A DNA stretch of 64,000 nucleotides from Zygnema circumcarinatum SAG 698-1b (lineage: Eukaryota; Plantae; Zygnematophyceae): NCBI GenBank assembly GCA_037447605.1, contig CM074807.1:3794829-3858828 (forward strand), in the 5' to 3' direction. A model generated the notes under the pieces. That model saw only the letters and a program-made list of their open reading frames with translations, had not been told where the DNA came from and ran no database searches. Below are positions 25,669-33,641 of the stretch, piece after piece (positions within the stretch are counted from its first letter, which is position 1; every line of letters begins with the position of its first letter). The translations under genes were made by a program, and so were the position numbers.

Positions 25669-27550
25669 TGCTTCATCTGCATCTTCATCTGTATTCATGT
25701 GCTGTACCTGTTTCAGAGCTAATACTGTCATTGGACTGGGTGCAGTTTTTAGTTCTGGATGAGGCAGATCGCTTGCTCGATGTGGGCTTTGAGAAGGAGA
25801 TGGAAACTATCTTGGGGGCGATGCCAACCGTGCGGCAAACGTTGCTTTTCTCAGCTACAATGACGACCAACTTGAAGGCCCTGCAGGAACTTCAGCTGGG
25901 GGAAAGTGCTCTCGTATATGAAGCATATGCCGGCTTTCAGACAGTAGAATCACTCAAGCAGAACTATATTTTTATTCCCGCGAATGTGAAGGAGGTGTAC
26001 CTCTACCATCTCATGAGCATTCTGGAGGATAAAGATGTCCGATCTGCAATTGTTTTTACCTCTACTTGCAGGTATTTCCATGAAGACCCATATTGAATTT
26101 CACGAGAGTACATAGGCCCAGCTGAGACCAACCTTGTTATCACCATTCCCTTATGTGTGTGCTTAGCAAAGGCTCCCATATTCGGGCCTCCTCTTTTAGC
26201 ATCTTTGTTCATCGTTTCATGTGAATCACCCTTAACTGAATCCTTCACTGTAAGCATAATCCGGCTGGGACACTGTCCTCAACAGTCGAAAGTTTTGTGA
26301 ACCTTCCCTTAAAAGAAAGGTGAACGTGTATGCAGGGTTTGCCATTTGCTGAGCCTTACTTTGGCGGAGCTGGGAATTGCTACTGTAGCTCTTCACTCTC
26401 TACAGTCGCAGGGGCGGAGATTGGCAGCTTTGGCAAAGTTCCGTACAGGCCAAGTGCCAATACTTGTTGCTACAGATGTTGCCAGTCGGGGATTGGACAT
26501 TCCCTCAGTGGAACTTGTTGTTAACTATGACATTCCAAGGTGTTCTCTCTTGCATATTAAACTCCTCTGAACAAAATTTGTACTTCGTTTATGTTGTCCA
26601 GAAATTTCTCAGTTAATGGTGATTGATGGTGAAGTAGCAGGCTCTTGATTTTTGCTGTTATTCTTGCTCAAAGGTTTTGCTCATAGAAACAAGCTCTACC
26701 CAGTTTTGATTTGCAACTCGTGACCCTAATTTTTTTGTTAACTGGCAGATAATTAAGCATGCTTAAAAGTTTCCCTTTTGGTATTTCCAGGTTCACTCGT
26801 GACTATGTGCACCGAGTAGGTCGAACAGCACGAGCCGGGAGAGGTGGCTGTGCGATCAGCTTTGTCACGCAGGTGAGGGGAAACAAGGGTGCAATGACAA
26901 TGGCTGATTGTGCAACTTAAAACTTTTACTTTTTTCTGCTTCACTCTCTTCCCTCGACTCACTTTGCCCTGTCATCTGATGGTTTCAGTCTCTTTGGGGA
27001 AAATGCTTGACAGTATGATGTGAAGCTTGTGCACTCAATTGAAGCCCTTATTGGACGAGAGCTTGAAGAGTATCCAATGGAGGAGGATATGGTGCTCAAA
27101 CGCATCACCAAGGTGAACCTTTCTCTCCTTCAACCTTATTGGAGAGCGTGGAATGGTGGTAATGTAGCTCACTCATTTGAAAAGTATTGCTAGAAACTTC
27201 CGTACACTACTGAGGGCAGAGTATGGTCAGGAGGGTAAGTAATGGTTGCACTTAGGTCAAGTCATAGTCTAGAGGACTAGGTGTAGAGTTAAGGGCTAGG
27301 AGGAGAATTAGCGTTAGGGTTAGGATTAGGGTTAGGGTTAGGGTTATGGCTATGGTGAGGATTCGGTTTAGAGAGGCTAAGAGTTAGAATTTCTCTGATT
27401 TGAAAGTGCTGTGCTGACTATTGGCAGGTTTTCAAGGCAAAGCGGACAGCCCTCTTGCAAATATCAGAAAGTGGGTTTGACGACCTTGTGAAGGCCCGGA
27501 GAGAAGCGAATCGTAAAGGAAGAGAACGAAGGGCGGGAGCCCAGACTTGA
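23974..27550 (+). CDS. RH36: DEAD-box RNA helicase, RH36/DBP8/DDX49 orthologue (18S rRNA maturation)
   Basis: 7 exons. Q-motif [34 protein letters not shown] and [11 protein letters not shown] are all present. [12 protein letters not shown] and the C-terminal '[13 protein letters not shown]' are typical of DBP8/RH36. Stop TGA at 27548-27550. Confidence 0.93.
25621..25668. repeat. (ATC)16 microsatellite in RH36 intron
   Basis: Direct reading. Confidence 0.97.
27314..27349 (+). repeat. Interstitial (TTAGGG)n tract in RH36 last intron
   Basis: TTAGGG TTAGGA TTAGGG TTAGGG TTAGGG TTATGG. Confidence 0.85.
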
Positions 27551-27730
27551 AGCTCAGCCTCCTGTCCATGTCTGGTTACCAAAAAAAACTCTTGCAATAA
27601 TAAATGATCTTGCAAAAAGTATCGTTGATATCTCACCTGTCCCAACTTACAAGTCCCTTTCTTTTTGCTCGGTTGTTTGGGCTGCGCTTTGTGAGCCCAA
27701 TGCTCCCACGTGCTCTTCTTGAAACGTCCT

Positions 27731-27781
27731 AGGGAGGGAGGGAGGGAGGGAGGGAGGCAGGGAGGGAGGGAGAGAGGGAGG
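27731..27781. repeat. (GGGA)n simple repeat; similar purine tracts at ~41575-41640
   Basis: Direct reading. Confidence 0.9.
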
Positions 27782-28720
27782 CAGGGCGTGTAGCAATGAG
27801 CGTCTGTGACAAGTTCTCAGGTCACTAGCCCAGTTATGGACTCCGTTGGCCTGCATGAAAGTTGATCCTCGTCACGAACAAGTGCCAAATTATGTATCTT
27901 AAAGAAACAGAATGTTCCCATCCTAAGAAATGTGGTCGATATGAGAGCTGGACATCAGAGGTATGGGACACTCCCACCGTGTTTTGGAAGAGAACAAGTG
28001 CGCGCCGGAAATTATGCAAGGGTTCAACAAATCGTCCACAACGCCCTATATATTCACAAGGGCATGAAAAGGCCAAGGAATCAACCACAACAGTGACTTT
28101 TGACCGTTGCCGTGTTAAGCGGAACCAATCCGGGCTTACCACGTTTCACTAATGTACACGTGGCACACTCTGGTTGGTTCAATCTTTGTGGCATACATGA
28201 GAGCGTTCTCAACAACGCATCCCAAGCACAGACGTCGCACCTGCCAAGCTGGAACGGAAATCGAAACTGTGACGCCTTAGAACCCAGTCGCAGCGTACAA
28301 CACCCAGAGCCGGGTGTGCACTCAAAAGTCTGTAAATATACTCGGTGCATCGCAAATGTAACTCGCACTTGTTTGTATGCCTGACTGACGTTTGCACTAT
28401 ACGATTTCCTAACGGCGCTGTCCAGGCGTCCTTCCTGAGGTTCCTCCAGCAGAACCCTGCAGAGGGGCGGCCCTCCAACGCTTATCATACAAATATGGCG
28501 GCGCAGAGTGCAGTGCGTAGGCGACCTCCCTTGTAGAAGGAAGGAGAAAGCAGGGTTTGAAGCATGGCGGCGGCGGCGGCCTTGGCTTCAGAAATGACAG
28601 TACGTGTCTGCTCGTTCGGTGGTTTGACAAGGGCTTTGCCTGCACTCGTTGAGTATGTTTGGTTTTGGTTCACTGACAATGCAAGTGCGTTTGCCGAAGC
28701 ATTCGTCTCGTAGGGTTTGG

Positions 28721-28775
28721 CGAGAATGATGACTCAATTAGATGCATGATTGTCAGCTCGCTGGCGCTGATTTGA
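28721..28775 (+). ncRNA. C/D box snoRNA, predicted LSU rRNA guide (GUCAUC*UAAUU)
   Basis: C box ATGATGA 28726-32; guide AATTAGATG 28736-44 complementary to LSU CAUCUAAUU; D' ATGA 28746-49; D CTGA 28767-70; flanking GGGTTT/AAACCC stem. The +5 rule hits a C I recall as methylated in Arabidopsis (Cm2296). Confidence 0.65.
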
Positions 28776-29521
28776 AACCCGTTGAGGCATAATCCATTCT
28801 TTCCTGACTCGCCAAGCTACGTTCGGTTAATATTTGTTCCGGTGGAAGTATCTGCGGCAATGAGTGGTCGTTGCGTGGCACGTTGTTGTAACGTTTGTTG
28901 GCAATATGCTTTCGGTCGTTTTTTTTTATTCACGCCTATGGCGTATGGTGTGTTCGTCCGCATGATCATTTCGCGCCATTAATCCGCGGGTTGGTTTCAT
29001 TTTTATTCCATCCTGCCTATGAGCTTGGCGCAATACTAATTCTGCAGGTCATGCGCAATGTCTCAATATCTTTTGTATCGTTGAGATTTGCTGCCCAGCT
29101 GTACAGTCTGTTTGGTTTCAGTATCTGTCATGTACCTGTTCTATCACGGTTGGGGCTTCGGTGTACAGGGGACTCATGAGGTATTTCGGCCTTTTTAAAT
29201 CGCCGCCCTTTAAATGTATGGGCATATCTCCTTCTTTCATTGCTGAATTGTCGTCTTTCCTTGGTTGGGGAGGATCGCTTGTTTTACAGATGCCTGCGTC
29301 GCCATTTCTCCGTTTTCCAAGCAAGTTTTCCGTTCTGAAAAGGGAAGCGAGGCGTCTCTCGTCTCCTGTCTGAGGCACATTTCCTCGTAAGGTCAGGCCT
29401 GTTCTCGCTAGAAAAAGGCAAAATGTGGTGATTCCAATGCGTTGAATTTGTGTTGGGGACGTATGAGATCCCTGTTTATTCTGACGAAGTATCGTCGTTT
29501 GCTCGATAAAATGCTTGTGTG

Positions 29522-29598
29522 GGTCAGAGGATGATGACAGAACTGCAACAAAATGAAGCCATGTGCTTCTGATTATTGGATTTAAGTCTCTGATGACC
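29522..29598 (+). ncRNA. C/D box snoRNA, predicted SSU rRNA guide (GUUGU*UGCAG)
   Basis: Terminal stem GGTCA/TGACC; C box ATGATGA 29531-37; 11-nt guide AACTGCAACAA 29541-51 complementary to 18S UUGUUGCAGUU; D' ATGA 29553-56; D CTGA 29590-93. The +5 rule gives a U matching recalled plant Um614. Confidence 0.78.
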
Positions 29599-29700
29599 TT
29601 TCAAGCATGCCTCGCCTTCTTCTGATGGCTTGTTTCAGCCTGCCCGCTCTGCTGGATTTGGCTGAACAATCCTCTTTTGCTATCTGACAGCATCTACTAC

Positions 29701-29797
29701 AGTCCGCTATGATGCTTAACTATAAATACATGTTAGACTACGGAGGTGGCTTTGCTGCCTGTGATGTACAAATTGTTTTCCACCTACTGAGCGGACT
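29701..29797 (+). ncRNA. C/D box snoRNA candidate without identified target (orphan)
   Basis: Perfect 7-bp terminal stem AGTCCGC/GCGGACT; C box ATGATGC 29709-15; internal hairpin AGGTGGC-TTT-GCTGCCT; C' GTGATGT 29761-67; D CTGA 29787-90. Confidence 0.65.
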
Positions 29798-29929
29798 TAT
29801 AATTGGCTTTAGTTGGGTCCCAATATGCCCCTCTCCTCATTTCTTTTTTGGGCGGAAAATTATTGTTACATTTGATTTGGACTCCATTTCCTAAGTAGTT
29901 GTCTTTCTTTATCGGGGTAACCAGAGTCC

Positions 29930-30011
29930 CAGTGCTGTGATTATAAACATATTCCTCGTACTGAATGCTTGAGCATGACAGACCACTTTCACCCATAGAA
30001 TATGAGCACTG
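29930..30011 (+). ncRNA. Dual-guide C/D box snoRNA targeting 18S rRNA
   Basis: Stem CAGTGC/GCACTG; C box GTGATTA 29937-43. Guide ATTCCTCGT + D' CTGA (29951-64) pairs with 18S ACGAGGAAU (+5 = A, recalled plant Am1579). Guide CACCCATAGAAT + D ATGA (29990-30005) is a 12-nt match to 18S AUUCUAUGGGUG. Confidence 0.8.
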
Positions 30012-30952
30012 CTGGCTACTGGTTTAGGGCAGAGAGACAGAAGAAATGCTTGTTAGCTTGAGCACGTATACTTTCGCCGTTGGTCATCCTTTTTATCAAT
30101 GGAAGTATGTGCAGTGCCTTCAAATTGTATATGTGGTTCAAAGCCTTCTGTCCTGTTTCTTTCTTTTGAGTTCTCAAATGGCAGCTCACTATTGAACAGG
30201 GCCCTTCCTATGGGTCCTTGCTCCGGTGTTTCTGCCTACAATGAACGCCTCAAGCTAACCTTGATGGCAGCGGCCAGACAACCGTAGAGTTGTTTCCACG
30301 GTGTTGGCATGGTCTTTAACTGCCAGCCCTACTAATCAACAGCTCACATTTCAGTCGCCCCATAGCTAGGCGTGACTGAGATTTGTAATCGTGAGTCATT
30401 TCTTTCTTTTGTTTGGCTATTCACCAATGTTGACCCCTTTTTTGCATGAATCTGCAGGGTTCATATGGATCCAAAGGAGGAGATCGCTGGTTTCTGCAGC
30501 ATTGCTGGAGAAGGTTCAATGCTGTATGGTCAAGCAGGCATCAGGGAGCCAATGTGACTCTTGAGCTTTGAATTTCAGCTTTTATTCTAGCCTCTGGACC
30601 GGTACCAGAGTAAGTCTTTCCTCTGGACATAATGATGTGGCCTTGAGGGCTGTTTTTCCTTTCTCATCTTCGTATCGTAATTTAAAACGTTGCTCTTTCA
30701 GCATTGTCGTGTTTAAAGGTTAAAGGGGAAATGACGAAAGAAACCATATTCACCTATTCTGAAATTGCTGATGACCACATGAGGCTGTTTCTGATCCCCT
30801 TAGTACTGGTCAGCTGTTCTTGAGTACATTGCATCATTGAGAATACTGGAGTCCTTAGGCTAAGTTCGTTCTGTTCTCTTGTCAATTAGAGACTCCTTTG
30901 TCAGTTCTTTGCATATTGTCAAGCAGCAGGTGGCGCCTCAGCAGGTCTACTG

Positions 30953-31031
30953 ATGGGAATGATGAGTGCAGTTGGTCCGTGTTTCTGATTATCTGAAGAA
31001 ACCACTTCTGCTTTTTGCCGTTCTGACCCAT
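30953..31031 (+). ncRNA. U18: U18 (SNORD18)-like C/D snoRNA
   Basis: Stem ATGGG/CCCAT; C box ATGATGA 30959-65; 13-nt guide TTGGTCCGTGTTT 30972-84 perfectly complementary to LSU AAACACGGACCAA; D' CTGA 30985-88; C' CTGAAGA; D CTGA 31023-26. The +5 position is the conserved U18 site (GAAACA*CGG). Confidence 0.87.
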
Positions 31032-31741
31032 GATGTTCCTGCCGCCTCTCTAGTGGCTAAGAAAGCTGATTTGCTGCTAGCTGCAATCGCTTTGTCATGC
31101 ATTGCATGCCAATATGTCAAGTTGTAAGTCGCTCTTTTTGAGCAAATTTGGTTTCAATCGCTTACTCAATTATATGGCTTTCTTTAAGATGACGTACCAC
31201 AACAGCCTCGAGGAGGAGCCTGCAAAGAACGCAACGTAGTTTACTGATAATAAGGATTGGTGACTTGTTGCTGTGACTGTTTGATATTGTGCAGAGTGCT
31301 TCCACTTCTGTCGTTCACCGGCAGTGATGGCTGGAGGGAGAGGTGTAGGCTCTTGTGTCGAGACATTCTACAAGCACTTTCCGTCGATCTCCATTATGGT
31401 CAATGTTACGGATGGCATGACGCCTATCACGGCAAGAGCATGTTTGTGTAAGCTGCAGGATTTAGTGGGTTTGCGCGTTCCCTGCAAGCAGTTGAGACAA
31501 GCGTCTGCTTTAGGGTTTAGATGGCACCCAGTCGTTTGGGTTCATTGCCAAGCAGAATCAATGCGCTATGCGCTCTCTGTATGCGTGAATGATCACAAAG
31601 TATCTATGCATTGCTCTTTCACAATTACCCAGTTTTTCTTTCGCAAATTGTTCTGTATTTGAAAGTTGTGAGAGCGGTTACGGCGTCTCATTGGATTGGA
31701 TTTTGTTTTCGCTTGTTCGCTAAATGGTGGTTTCCTTCAAT

Positions 31742-32047
31742 AGGGGTGTCTGACGCCACGAAATCTCACAAACAAGAAAGTTTCAGAAGTTCTGTCAGAA
31801 GTTCTGTGCTGCAGCAGGATCGTATTGTCACCGGAGTTTCGTTCTGGTTTCAAATTACGAACAATTTTGAAGTCTGACACCCCCTAATAGGGGGTGTCAG
31901 ACTTAAAAAATTTCAGTACGCGTGTTCGTAAGTTTGACATCAGAACGAGTACTCCAGTATAATCGCGATCCTCCTGCGGCGGAGTACTTTCGTAACCTTT
32001 TTTTTCGTAACGCTTTTCGTAAGATTTTGTTAAGTCTGACACCCCCT
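31742..32047. mobile_element. Two PIF/Harbinger (Tourist-like) MITEs in inverted tandem: 31742-31885 and 31889-32047
   Basis: TIRs AGGGG(G)TGTC(A/T)GAC ... GTCTGACACCCCCT. The trinucleotide AAT is at 31739-41, 31886-88 and 32048-50 (3-bp TSD). The interiors are diverged reverse complements. Confidence 0.8.
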
Positions 32048-32078
32048 AATGGTCTGTATGCGATTAAAGCTAAACTAT

Positions 32079-32127
32079 CATGATGCTGATGTTGTCCATG
32101 TACATTCGCCATCGTGAGATTAATGCC
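32079..32127 (+). repeat. Short LINE-tail-like element fragment
   Basis: CATGATG..GTTGTCCATGTACATT-CGCCATCGTGAGATTAATGCC matches the 59210-59307 copy. Confidence 0.7.
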
Positions 32128-32355
32128 CCTTCCGTTCCTTACATTCTCTATCATCATAGAGTTTCGTTGTATACTATTGACACGCCACAGCGCAGTACGT
32201 TGTCACGGAATAAAATAAACATTCTGAAGAAGTTTGTTAACTGTAAACTCTGGAGAAAGTAATTCACCATGTGAGTGATGCGTGTCCCGCGCCACAAATG
32301 AAAATACAGTACATAAAATCCTGACCAACTTCTATGACTAGGCCACATCAACATA

Positions 32356-32918
32356 CCGTACTACCAATGGGTTTGATCTTTGAACTTCCTTCAAAGTTCA
32401 AATGACACTCGAAGTGAATAGTTTTCCAAACTAAACAATATAAAAACAAAGTTTAATTGTTCAAAGTCTCAATCTGTTCGCTTACACGTGTGGATTCTAC
32501 TTTTTGTCACGTAGGATTCAGGCAATCTGAGAGGTTTGCTTAACTCCGGCCCAATTTTCGCCGTACTTTTTGCCCCAGTTCAACGATTTTCGTACGGTAC
32601 GGAAATGGAAACGGGTTTGAACGCGCGTGGACCTGGGTCCACGCGCTTTGCGATTGCCAAGATCTCATTGTTGATCGGTGGATGCAAAGTAAGCTGAAAT
32701 TGAACACGACTGAGAGTTGATTGTTCAATGTCCAATTTCGGTTCCGTACTGGATTCGCATTTGAACAAGGACCTTTGTTCAAAAAAAAAAAAAAAAAAAC
32801 AGAAACCTAAAGCGGAAACAAGTTTTTTTTTTAACACCGATAAACGAATAGTATTTTTTTTGAACAGCTAAAAAATCTTGAATTGTTCAAAGTTCAAACC
32901 TTCCTGTTGGTAGTGCGG
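32356..32918. mobile_element. Tc1/mariner (pogo-like) MITE, 563 bp
   Basis: TIR CCGTACTACCAA (32356) / TTGGTAGTGCGG (ends 32918), 11/12 match, extending imperfectly through GGTTTGA.CTTTGAAC. TA on both sides (32354-55, 32919-20). Internal TTGAAC/GTTCAA repeats. Confidence 0.75.
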
Positions 32919-33641
32919 TATCCCTCACCTCAACAATCTCTACAGTACTTGTTCTCTTTCTTTCTTTCAATGCCACTTCCATTTTCTTTCTTCTATTTCT
33001 CCTCCCGCTCCCTCTCCCTCGCCCTCTCGCTCTCCCTCTCCCTCTCTCCGTCTGCCTATCCCTAAACAAGAATCGCCTACTTCAACTTCGCCCATGCCCA
33101 AATTTCTTAAGCACAGAAAAGCCTGAAAAGATGTCGCGGACACTCCAACGAGCCGTTCCATGCGAGAAATTTCCTCTGTAATTCCGCGAGACGCAGTGAC
33201 ATGGAAACGCGCCCTTTGGACATTCCACCCTGTCGAAAAGATCTCCGAGAGACTGTGGATATTTGCCGCACTGCAAGTGCTGCTGCTGCTCCAATCCATG
33301 GTGGCTCTCGCGTGTTCGTCTGCGAGCGGCAGGAAGGAGGCAACGGAACTGCGTTTCTGAAGGAAGCTTTTGCTGCTGCTTCTGGAGTTTTTAGCGGCCT
33401 TGCTGACAAGCATTGACTGTGCTCAGAATGTTGACAGCCACACATTGTGCTATTTGGCTGAAAGCGGCCTTTATGAAGCGAAGTCACCTGTTCTGCGCTG
33501 TTTTAACTCGCAGAAAAGGCTTGTTGTAGGATTTTCGCACGCCCTGTAAGGTTTTTTTGGACGGAGGCTCCAGTTCAGCAGCTCCATGAGCGAACTAGAA
33601 CAGAAGTCTGTATTGTGAATACACCTCTCGTCGAGCTCGAA

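Larger units (their letters stand above)
28480..31500 (+). ncRNA. Putative spliced non-coding snoRNA host gene (boundaries approximate)
   Basis: Donor GTACGT at 28600, acceptor at 30457, donor GTAAGT at 30610, acceptor at 31294. The only spliced ORF is ~49 aa with no recognisable similarity. The introns contain multiple C/D snoRNAs. Confidence 0.6.

Noticed and set aside
27850-28480. Several 90-135 aa ORFs between RH36 and the snoRNA host
   Set aside because: No recognisable motifs or splice-consistent model; probably promoter/terminator DNA.
29420-29490. GTGGTGA...CTGA C/D-like segment (also 30776-30794 and 31188-31248)
   Set aside because: Degenerate boxes, no terminal stem and guides of 9 nt or less with mismatches.
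29600-29692. Hairpin ending in ACA (also 30178-30242 and ~30340-30400): possible H/ACA snoRNAs
   Set aside because: Pocket geometry or ACA spacing is non-canonical and I could not assign targets. Worth a snoGPS/Infernal run but not called.
32623-32646. 11-bp perfect hairpin GCGCGTGGACC-TG-GGTCCACGCGC
   Set aside because: Internal to the 32356-32918 MITE; the flanks are not symmetric, so there is no independent element.
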